This document shows positions 24,101-33,700 of a stretch of DNA of 64,000 nt, piece by piece; the first letter of the stretch is position 1; the number at the start of each line of letters is the position of its first letter. Source of the stretch: Amoebophrya sp. A120 (Eukaryota > Protista > Dinoflagellata); contig CAJINV010000007.1 of the NCBI GenBank assembly GCA_905178155.1, positions 1,903,151 through 1,967,150 of the forward strand. The letters run 5' to 3'. Both the position numbers and the translations under genes were made by a program. A model generated the notes under the pieces. That model saw only the letters and a program-made list of their open reading frames with translations, did no database searches and had not been told where the DNA came from.

Positions 24101-27100
24101 CTACTCTTACCATCCCAAATGGTGCCCACTGTGCCCCATATGCGTCTGCGCGCAAGGAGTCGAACTCGTGTTCTTAGCACATTTGGTCGCAATGTGTGAC
24201 GGGTTCCTCGTAGCCAGGCGGCTAGTCGGATCGTATGGGTGCTGGGCAAACTACACTCTTCGTATTTCTCCAGGACGATAAATTTTATGCTTGAGAATTA
24301 CGAAGTAATTCGTTAGCGCCAGTTTTGAGTCCATGGAAAAGAGGAGTCGTCTGCTCTCGTCTTCGTCTCGTCCATGTCTTCGTCATAGGATCTAATTGGT
24401 GGGTCGCGCATACCGCAAATAACGCGACGGCACAGGCAAGCGCTCTAGTTTCGTACTGGCCCAGTCTCGGGCGTCTAAAGTCTCTTACTAGACTAGAAAT
24501 AGTAAGAAGTTGATAAAGCCGCTTTTTTCATCCCACCCACCTCGCCCTGTGAGGAAGTCACATACAGGGATTTTGTTCACTCATCGTCACTGTTCGTTGT
24601 GTGAGTGTGTCTATCGTCTATGCATGGAAAACGTCTTTTCCATGGTCTCGCCTTACGCTTCTCACTAGTCGCCACGAGCTCCGTTCAGCGTTGCGTCTGC
24701 GCGCAAGGAGTCGAACTCGTGTTCTTAGCACATTTGGTCGCAATGTGTGACGGGTTCCTCGTAGCCAGGCGGCTAGTCGGATCGTATGGGTGCTGGGCAA
24801 ACTAAACTTTTCGTATTTCTCAAGGACGATAAACTTTCAACAGCAAGCGACGGAGCGGGTGTTTCTCTCGTTCGCGATCCTCTTTCTGATCTTGATTTTC
24901 CTCTCCGCCTATCAAGTGTAAAAATGTCTGGGTCTGGAAACTTGTGATGCTGGGTGGCGTCTCATGATGAGGCTACAAATGCTGGCTCAGCATGACAAGT
25001 TTCTGAGCTCCTAGGTGTTGCCCCCTATTCTACTGCACGACAAACTGCGCTTCTGCATCACAGAAAAACGGAGCTCTTGGGTAACGTGCGTGACAGATTT
25101 AGCAGTCATGCCAGACAAGCATGACAAACATGAATTCTTCCAGACCCAGACACTTTTACAGTTGATACGGCCATCGGCGCCACGAAGATTGCGCTCAACA
25201 AGTTCTGGGGCGCGAAGCTGCTGACCCCGGTGTTTCTTCCGTTCCTATATCAAATGTAAAAATGTCTGGGTCTGGAAGAATGCAACTTGTAATGCTGTCT
25301 GCGGATTCTAAAAATATCTGTGTTGCATGAGCAGCAAGAGGACTCAGCTCTTGGCACGCGGAGAGGGCATTTCTCATGCGTAATTAGCATCGAGCTCGAG
25401 AAGCTCTCAAAAAATCTGTGATGCTAGCACCAGCATCACAGACCTCACGGGTCATGCAAAATGTGCATGACAAGTCCCGACTCTTCCAGACCCAGACATT
25501 TCTGCATCTGATATCCTATTCGCGTTTTTGATTCCGAACGACTTTTTCGGGCTGCAGTCGTGGCTGTACTACACCTGCGGGGGGGTCTCGTTGTTTTACC
25601 TGACCGCGCAAATGATGATTTTGTACGACTTGGGGCACAGCTGGAACAAAACCTGGGTGGAAAACGCGTTGGAAGCGCAGCGGGAGGCAATCGTGAACCC
25701 GAACGCGTTTCTCGGAGGGGGCGGTAATCGCAATCGGGACAACAATTCGCATTCCAACTTTTTCCGCCAATTTCTCCAATCCAGGCCAGGAATCCTGTGG
25801 TACTTGGGAATCCTCCTTGCGACCATCATCTTCCTGACGATCGCCGTCCTGGTATCATTTGTAAAAACGTCCCCACCGCATAGTCAAGTTTGGAATCTAG
25901 CAACACATCAAATCTCCAAGTTTTGGGAGCTGTGCATGACAAGTCTCCCTCTGCAGTGTAGTGCTGATTGGCAAGAGAAGCTGCATGAGAAAGTCATTTT
26001 CACATCCTGTTTATAGCATTACAGATTTTTCCAAAACACGACTGGAAATTCCTCTCATGCAGCTGCGCATTACAAATGTTCCTGTCATTGCGCATTTGCA
26101 TGACAACTCTGGTGTGGGGACGCTTTTACTCAGGATACCTGGCCGTGATTTACCTTCCGTTCGTCGTGTACGCGAATGAACCCAACCAGTACGTCATCCT
26201 GATTTCGCATTTTCTAAGCGTCGCCTTGTTGATCCTCTCCGCCAGCGACTGGTGCAAAAACGGTGCCATTCTACCCAGTGCACTACTGGTAGCATACTTC
26301 GCGTGGCTACAGTGGCTGATGGTGCTGCAGCGCCCGGGGATAGTGGTCAATGGCCCCGCCGCCCAGCAGGGTCGTGGGTCTTATCTTGGAGGTGCGCGGC
26401 AAGCAGATGAACACCCCCAGCACCAAGAAATCCTGAGCGAGCCCCGTGGGACGATGCCGCCGACTTCTACTTCTTTTCTCCTACCTCTCTCGGCACAGAG
26501 ACGATCATATATTTCCAACGGTGTTATCCGGGCTTTTGCGGCTGATAGTGTTGTACTTTCTCCACAGGAGCAACATCATGCAGTGTCGCACCAGAATGAT
26601 CTTCTTCAATCCAGAATCATCAGCTACGAATACAGCGATCACGTCCCGATGACCGCAGATCGCTATCTCTCCTGGTGGGTCGGGTTGACGATCATGCTGG
26701 TTTGTTTTTCCCTTTTTCTAAGGAACCCGAGCCTGTTGCAATTGGAAGACGCTGAAACGGCGGAGGACCGGAACTTCGGCGCTCGGAATGGGGAAGAGGA
26801 CTTGGAGCAGTCTGACTCCAGCGACGAGGAGCAGCAGGCCACGGCTGTGGTTGGACCGGAAGACGGAGATGATCATACGACCGGAGATCTTCAAGATGGA
26901 GACGCCGGTGGCCGAGAAGAGAACACCTCCAACCGTATCCAAGAAAAAAACTGTGTTGGTGTAACTATCTTTGGCAGACAGCATCACAAATTTGCTCTAC
27001 ATGACAGAGAAAGCCTGTCACGCGTGGCTTGTAAGGGAAAACACACATGAAAAGAGAACTTCGTGGCTATCTGGCATGACAGGTGTAACTTTGTTGCGTG

Positions 27101-27681
27101 TTCTACATTACAGATTTACGCTTACGCGACAGCTTTTTTCTTGCATAAACCGTCGGCGCCGTTTAATCACGACGGGGGGACCGCCGAAGGAAGAAACGCT
27201 CTACTTCTTGACGATCCACGCGGTATGGGAGTGTCAGGATTGAAATTGTCAAAGTTGAAAATGAAATAGTTTGTCATGCATAAAATGCATGACGCGAGGC
27301 GCGTGTGTTGCAGAGCAGGCAAGTGAGGCCGATTGTAAGCCTGTTTGGGCTTAGCGCTCGAGCTGCTGAAGTAGTATGACAAAATCAGTCTTCTTTGCCT
27401 AAGCAGCATGGCAAACTGGATTTAAGGACTACCAAAATTTGTCATGCGCCACTTGGAAACTGGGTTGCAACTGGCATCCATTTTATGCATGACAAATCAT
27501 TTCAACTTTGTCGATTTCAACTCTGACGCATCCATACGCGGCTTCGGCGTTTTACTTCCGCTTCCTGCTGTACCAGAGACAAGACTTGGTTGGCTACTGC
27601 ATTCTAGCGGTCGGCTTGTACGCAAACATAGTCCTGTTTGGCTGGGCGCTGGTTCGCCCGCAGATTTACCCGGATGAGTAG
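12163..27681 (+). CDS. Serinc/TMS1 (serine incorporator) family multi-pass membrane protein, interrupted by 7 introners and the YR retrotransposon
   Basis: N-terminus MGSCLGTCLASCFG; reconstructed motifs CFQQQATERVFLSFAILF, LNKFWGAKLL, FYLTAQMMILYDLGHSWNKTW, NGAILPSALLVAYFAWLQW and C-terminus FGWALVRPQIYPDE* match the Serinc consensus. Confidence 0.85.
12591..12890. mobile_element. Introner family A
   Basis: TATCAAAAGGAAAAATCC...GGATTTTTCCTTTTGATA TIR, TSD CGCAT. Confidence 0.9.
13020..13169. mobile_element. Introner family D (150 bp)
   Basis: TAT...ATA, TSD TGGTC; highly similar to 32324-32473. Confidence 0.9.
13200..13429 (+). repeat. Split direct repeat A1
   Basis: 230 bp; about 4 mismatches (counted by eye) versus 24283-24512. 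Confidence 0.95.
13526..15076 (+). CDS. Retroelement 5' ORFs (Cys-rich Zn-finger-like N-terminus plus helical domain), structure unresolved
   Basis: MAPKSFLRKIECSFC...CPNSEACKGEC...CVDCNLC (13526-14017); ORFs 13968-14330 and 14231-15076 with protein-like composition. Confidence 0.5.
15401..18578 (+). CDS. Gag-like protein with Cys-rich fingers and a CCHC zinc knuckle, multi-exon
   Basis: Frame-compatible introns 15645-15743, 16116-16205, 16369-17708 (GT-AG) and 18216-18348 (GC-AG); C-x2-C-x4-H-x4-C knuckle CANCKSAKHWQSQC at 18369-18410; stop at 18576-18578; the 5' part appears frameshifted. Confidence 0.7.
16405..17643 (+). other. ~1.24-kb imperfect rod-like fold-back inside a Gag intron
   Basis: Symmetric pairing about the loop at ~17024-17026 (GCTTTAATTTGTT..GAAATCC/GGATTTC..AACAAATTAAAGC); ends CAGGCAGCCGGGTCCGGGCAA / TTGCCCGGGCCCGGCAGGCTG; several internal helices checked, with many G-U pairs. 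Confidence 0.85.
18817..20915 (+). CDS. Tyrosine recombinase (YR) of the retrotransposon
   Basis: GVRRGAE (catalytic R), KAKND, VALRRAGAT (HxxR box with H replaced by V), GGWRS...AIY (catalytic Y at 20631); upstream exon joined by the GT-AG intron 19124-19176. Confidence 0.88.
21071..24053 (+). CDS. Pol-like polyprotein: RT - RNase H - DIRS-type adenine methyltransferase-like - Macro domain (2 introns, one apparent frameshift)
   Basis: KYRLVADW, GLDLADCY, VPFGISPAP, YVDD (22052-22063), WLGF; RNase H motifs GDAA, INAKE, YTDN, NIVADCLSR; MT-like IECFAS...WFPP; Macro IAHLCC..KGVAELVFDRWP...SVAVPLRIGCGLNGG; introns 21562-21637 and 21877-21959; +1 shift near 22905. Confidence 0.9.
24141..24282 (+). 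repeat. Split direct repeat B1
   Basis: 142 bp, near-identical to 24692-24833. Confidence 0.95.
24283..24512 (+). repeat. Split direct repeat A2
   Basis: Near-identical to A1; directly abuts B1. Confidence 0.95.
24692..24833 (+). repeat. Split direct repeat B2 (right terminus)
   Basis: Near-identical to B1; followed by CTTT and then Serinc exon sequence. Confidence 0.95.
24910..25167. mobile_element. Introner family F
   Basis: TATCAA.TGTAAAA.TGTCTGGGTCTGG TIR; TSD CCGCC/CGGCC (1 mismatch); frame restored (FLSAIGATK). Confidence 0.88.
25248..25513. mobile_element. Introner family F
   Basis: Same TIR type as the 24910 copy; TSD TCCTA. Confidence 0.9.
25853..26137. mobile_element. Introner family G
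   Basis: TATC..GTAAAAACGTCCCCA / TGGGGACGCTTTTAC..GATA; TSD CCTGG. Confidence 0.88.
26936..27147. mobile_element. Introner family E
   Basis: TATCCAAGAAAAAA...TTTTTTCTTGCATA; TSD AACCG; reverse-complement homolog of 32555-32763. Confidence 0.9.
27224..27536. mobile_element. Introner family C
   Basis: TATGG..GTCAGGATTGAAAT TIR; TSD CGCGG; similar to the 29136 and 31444 copies. Confidence 0.92.
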
Positions 27682-28529
27682 AGTTGTTGTAAGGTAGAAA
27701 TACATTAGCTTCAACTTGTAGCTCATCGGCGGCTCATACAGTGAGTCTTCGGTACAGCTCACTGAAATACAGGAAACAAACTGAAAGGGAGAGCATGTGC
27801 TGTAGTAATCTCAATCTGGAGGTTGTCAGCAATCCACTTGGAAGTACGAAGGAACACAAAAAATTGAAAATAAAGTCCAAAAAAGTCACAAAGTAATTTG
27901 ATACGACCGGGCTCTAGAAAAACAAAAATCTCAAGCTTCATCTATAAGTAGGCGACGCCGATGTGGTGTTGCATAGCAGATGTTCATCTTTTCAGTATTT
28001 TTGAAGTTGGTATTTGTATTGCGCTGCAGCAGCTTTGTTGTTGATGAAAAGAGTTTACTGGATCCATTTTTTCAATTTTAGATTCACAGGCGATATTCTT
28101 ATTCACGCATCCATTGTATTCATCTCCCGCGGCGTAGGTTGCAACCTGGAAAATTGATGTTTTCCAGCGCAGAGTCGTCAATGACCAGGACCACGCGATG
28201 GATCAAAAGAGGGGCTGTTAGCAAGTAGATCTGTTATGCAGCTGCACCGGCACAGCAGCGGCACACCGCACACGCGGCGTGTGAGTACACATGCTTTTTT
28301 TTCTTTCGCCTTTGCGTGAATTGTTCTTTTCCTTGCTACATACTACGTTTCAAATGCACTCGATATTTTGTGAAGATCATCCTGAATTCATTGAAGATGA
28401 AATCGAAAACAGCTACCGCCATTTTGACGAGGTCTGTTGCTGGTGGTTAGCTTCAACATTTCTTCTCAGTTTCCTCTCGGACCACACGGCAACATTAATA
28501 GTTCTCGTGTGTAGTACTAGAAGATCAAT

Positions 28530-30117
28530 ATGAGGCAACATCATCGCAACAGACGCGCTCATGCCGCCTCAAATAAGAGCAAGGCCGCAGGAGCGTTGTT
28601 GTCGCTCGCAGCAGCAGTGGTTCTTGGCTCGCACAACTACAACTGCGGCGTTCACGGGTTGAAAATGTTGGCAGCCTTGATACCCCCGCCGATGCAGGGA
28701 ACTGCCGCGATCTTCTCGGGTTCTTCCACCTCCTCCTCCGCGCAACTTCTACAACCGGCAGCTTCCACCGACGCAGCTGGAGGCGGTGTTGCAGCTCGCC
28801 CGACCCTGCAGCAACTGCAGCAAAGTGCTGATAAATCCAAGGTCACGACCTGGTGGGACCTCCCGCCGCATTTGCAGTGCATTTTTGGGGCCGACATGAA
28901 ACCTCTTGCGGGGTGTCGCGGCGAGAAGGCCACGAAGGAAAAGCCAGACGCACGAAAGGACGCGGATGCCGTCTTTGCCGCGAGAAATGCGCAAATGATG
29001 AACATTCTGGAGCCACCGGAGCGGAAAGCTATGCCCATGATACAGCGCGCAATGGAAGACCAGCGAAAGAAATCGGCCGCCATCGCGAAAGAGTTCCAGG
29101 CGAAGATTCGAAAGCACAACAACGAGGTCGCGAAATATGGAAGCGTCAGGATTGAAATCCTCAAAGTTGAAATAATTTCTCATGCAGAAATTGCAAGGCA
29201 TGAAGTGCCTCTCTTGCAGGGATTGCAAAGGAGGCCGGTTGTGAGCCTGTTTCGGGTTTGGAATAGAGCTGCTAAAGTAGCATGACAAAGGGCGCCTTCT
29301 GTCCCTAAACAGCATGACAAACTGGTTTTAGACGGTGCCGAAATTTGTCATGCGCTGCTGGGAAATTGGGCTTCCAGCTGGTATCGAGTTTATGCATTAC
29401 AAATAATTTCAATTTTGACGATTTCAATCCTGACGCTTCCATACGAAACAGCAGGATCCTAATTATGACGCGACCGCGGGGGCGGGTGCCGACGAGGACG
29501 ATGGATTTCAAATCGTGGAAGCGCTGCCGCAGATGGATCCGAAGGTCAAGCGGGAACTTGAGGAACTGATGTGGGACGCGCTGGCGGCGGACTACCACAG
29601 CCGCGGCCAAGGGTGCAACTTGGTCGGTGCGACCCTGGAGAAGACCAAGGAGAACTGCAAAAAGGCACTGAATTACGAACGGCAGATGGAAGTGAAGAGA
29701 CAGCAGGAGCAGGTGCTCCTAATGCACCAGCAGCAGCAGGCCCTTCAGGCGGCCGCCGCGCAGCAGCAGGCGCAAGCATGTGCGGCGTTTGCGGCGCAAC
29801 AGGCCCAAGCGGTGATGGTGCAACAGCAAGTAATGATGGCCGCTGCGATGGGTGGAGCTGCAGCTGCACAGCAGCAGCACCAGGCAGGTCAACAGCAGTT
29901 CCAGGTCCAGATGATGACGGCCACTCCAATGGTTGGTGTTCCCTACCCTGGCGCGGGAGTGGTCGTACCACAGGCCCCGCCCGCCGCTGCAGCAGCCCCG
30001 GCGAACATTTTCTCCCTGATTCCGGGGGCGTGCGCTCCGAAGTGCCCACCGCCGGCGCACGCACCGGGTGGAGTGGACGGGGGCAAGAAAGGAAAGGCTA
30101 AGCCGAAGGCGAAGTAG
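28530..30117 (+). CDS. Hypothetical secreted/membrane-anchored protein with a Q/A-rich C-terminus
   Basis: N-terminal hydrophobic segment; ORFs 28530 and 29515 fuse in frame after introner removal (VAK|QQDPNY). Confidence 0.7.
29136..29443. mobile_element. Introner family C
   Basis: Perfect TIR TATGGAAGCGTCAGGATTGAAATC; TSD CGAAA. Confidence 0.95.
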
Positions 30118-30734
30118 CGGAGAAATACAAATACCGCGCTGTGTACAAGCAGAGAAAAAGATGAAATGTGAGTCATCTCACCGTCGTCGAGGAGACAAGT
30201 GAATACTTACGTAAATATGCTGACATCTAGGGAATTTAGAATCAATCGCTTTAAAACAGAACCAGAAGAACACGACCATGCGTCGCATCAAACCGTGCGC
30301 GGTAGTCGAAAGTAGTGCAACTACGCCGACAAAAAGAAGTAGGAGTAAGCATTCTAAACTATTGCACACATTCTTTCTTGACGATGTTGGAGCACTTCCA
30401 ATTATGGTATACCTTTTTCATACATTCACAATCCCATTTTGACTTTCATCATACTCGAACAATGAAGCGGGAGAGAGGTTTTCGATGCTGCCAAAAATCA
30501 AAATGGCCAGCGTTTCTGCAGGAGGTGAAGCAGGACTACGACTTCTACATCTACAGGCATATCATATGAAAACAAGATTATGATGATCAGTTAGTTTCGT
30601 GGATGTCTTGATAACTGGGCTGATCATTTTCTTGGTCGCGGCATAGTTGACCACTGCAAGATCCACATTGACACTGTTGAGTTGACGATCTTGTTGACGA
30701 CGCTACCTCACAACATCAACTTCAAGTTACACAC

Positions 30735-33700
30735 GTGCCGGCGATCTGGTTTCTTCTTTGTTTCGTGGCCTACTACTTGTTTGCCCAAGAAAAAGATCCT
30801 GCTCCTTGTGCGAAAACGCATCTTGACCACGTCTTTCATCTGATGTTTTATCATATGCTTTGTAATTGTAAACTACAATTCGCCGAAGACAATCTAAAAA
30901 CCCAGGCAGCTCAAAAAGAACCACATACCATGGTTTTGGTTTTGCTCTAGAACATCTGATGCTTTGATGCGCCGCACCCACAGAAACTGAAACGTACGAC
31001 TACCACAATATCGATGAATGAAATGCACAAGAAAATGCGGGTCTCCGGGGACGTCGACGAGGCATCTTCTATGGGCCAGCCCGCGGAAAAAATCCGCAAA
31101 GTCAAAAACATGGAGTGCCGCGGCCGAGAGGGTGTTGAGCGGGCCGCCGGTGCGGCGGTCGGTGGGAATGGGACGCGGACGGGACACGAGGAACAAGGAC
31201 AAGACAGTAAAAAAGCGTCCAACTACACTATCCTCGATAGCCGGAGGCTTGCTCTGGATCGCAACTTCGTCGTGGAACTACAGAAGTGCAGGGCCTCCGT
31301 TCTTCCTGCAAAGTTCGTGCCAAATCAACATGGTTCAAGCACAGGAGGGGCACGACCCCGCCACCATGGAGGGACTTCTGACCCACCCCGCCAATCGGGT
31401 CAGCGAACCACTGATGCTGCTGCGATATCTCGCAGCCGAGGACTATGGATGCGTCAGGTTTGAAATCGACAAAGTTGAAATAACTTGCAATGCATAAAAT
31501 GCATGACCCGCGGTACGTGTGTTGCAGAGCAGGCAAGTGAGGCCTATTGTAAGCCTGTTTAGGGTTAAAGCTCGAGCTGCTAAAGTAGCATGAGAGAATC
31601 GCTCGTCTTTGCCTAAACAGCATGACAAACTGGATTTAGGGACCGCCGAAATTTGTCATGCGCCACTTGGAAACTGGGTTCCAACTGGCATCCATTTTAT
31701 GCATGACAAATTATTTCAACTTTGTCGATTTCAACTCTGACACATCCATAAGGACTCCGAAGTTTTGTACGACGAACTGGACAATTACTACAGCGACACA
31801 ACGGAGTCAATATCTACACAACGACAGAATTCTACTACCCGAAGCCTACACTCTCCCGAAGGGGCCCGGGAGCTGGTGGAGCAAGTAGAAATACAAGAAG
31901 ACCACCGGGAATGGGAAACGAGACCTACATTGATGGCCGCGCTCCACCAGAACCAGAAGAACGAGAAGATGAACTCAGGCGGACATCAGCAGCACGAGCT
32001 TTTCGACCAAGCCACGAGCTATTCCCTGAAAATGAACCACGACCCCCATCCAATTTGATGTCATACCAGAAACATGTAGGAAATTCTATTCTGTGCTTGT
32101 CATGCAAAATTAAACAAAAAGTGAATCATGGGGAAGAATTGAAAATTTTCAGGGAATACGAGCTCGGCGACCACCAGCCCAGTGTACCGAGTGAATCGCA
32201 CCCTGGAGTTCCGTTGGCGGTCATTTCTGATGCGGGAGTTTGTGCGAACACACTCGTTTCCGAACGGGCAGCGGAATAAAGACGGAACCGAGAATTTTTG
32301 GAAAATTGGAGACGGTGCTTACATATGCTCTGCAAAAGTATCGTATTCGTACTAATTGCAATCATGCATGACAAATGTTGTTTCTTAGCCAAATCAGCAT
32401 TACAAACTCCATTTTTCCTTCTGAAAAAACTTGTATTGCAATTCATACTAGTACGATAATTTTGCAATGCATATTACACGTACTGGGGAAAAGACGCGTG
32501 CGTGCGGGACCTCGCGCGCTGGTCGGTGGAGCACCCGCTCGGAGCCAAAGTGCTTATGCAAGAAAAAAACTGTGTAAGTGTAAATCTGTGATGCACAAAA
32601 TGCAACACAGTTATACTTGTCATGCTCGACATGCATGATCGGCTCGCTTCCTATGTGTTTTCCCTTACTATCTGTGCATAACAAGTTTTACCTGTCATGG
32701 CAGACGAACTTGTGATGCTGTTTTCCGAAAAGACTTACACTTACACAGTTTTTTTCTTGGATAGTGCTCCTGCCGCAGTTAGTGTGGTTTCACACTGACG
32801 ACAGACAATACACTGAACAAAAACCGAGAAGAATTTCATCTCAAACGCTAACGCTAACACAGCTTGTGTCAGCTCCATCTTCTACTTCGTTGTCGCCGAA
32901 TGAAGGAACGAATATTGCGGAACAGTCTTCGGAGACGACGAGGAAAACGCTCACCAGCAACGTAGCAGACAATAACGATTATGGCCATGGTGCTGAAGGT
33001 CCTGCTAGACGTACAAACCAGTCTGATCAACAAGCGCAAGCGCTCTCCCTGTACGCGACCCTGCAGCAGTGCGAACAGACGAGGCTGGGTAACTTGAACG
33101 TTGTCGATTTCTTTCTGGATCATGCAGATGTTATTGGTGACACGAGGAACGAAAATGACACCGTCAGTGGGACTAGCGATAGTCCTCCAGCAATGGGACG
33201 AGCTCGCCAGCACGAGCAGCAGCGTGGAGCTGCTTCTGAAACTACAGGAGAGCAACACGGTCGTCCCTTGAAGCTGTTGAAGGAGGTGTCTTACATCTGC
33301 CTTCCGAAGAGCTGCGAAAAATCCGAGAACACGCGTTTTTGGACGGAGTTCTTCACCTTCGTCGCGGAAGCGCGGACCGTCGCGGGACTAGTTTCCTGGC
33401 CGACGTGGAGCAGGCTCTTCGATGCTTTAACCCCATCGGGAATTGGCTCACCGAGGTGGCTCCACGACTTCCCTCGTGTGAGCAAAGTCGAGCCGTTGGT
33501 GGTCGGGTCTTTTGAGACAGTTGCAGTAGGAGACCATCACGGGAAAGCAGTAGTTCCTGCTGCAAGACGACAGACCATCACGGGAATTCTTCGTGCCTCT
33601 GCCTGGCTGAACCATCGGCAGCAATGCCTCGCGAGGGATTTGTTTATCAAGCCTGTGCGGGAATCGAAACGCGACTTTGCACAAAGAGCCGAAATAAAGA

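Larger units (their letters stand above)
13201..24837 (+). mobile_element. Tyrosine-recombinase (DIRS-order) retrotransposon with split direct repeats; Gag-like / YR / RT-RH-MT-Macro
   Basis: A1 13200-13429 matches A2 24283-24512, and B1 24141-24282 matches B2 24692-24833; YR, RT (YVDD), RNase H and MT motifs present; flanks rejoin as Serinc codons TGT TTT CAA with a shared TTT and no TSD. Confidence 0.92.

Noticed and set aside
13200-24512. A1/A2 read as the LTRs of a Ty3/Copia element
   Set aside because: No TG...CA ends, TSD, protease or DDE integrase; the B repeats and YR indicate the DIRS order
12163-27681. Idea that the retroelement targets Serinc because SERINC3/5 restrict retroviruses
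   Set aside because: That activity concerns enveloped virion entry in mammals; a single insertion is no evidence of targeting
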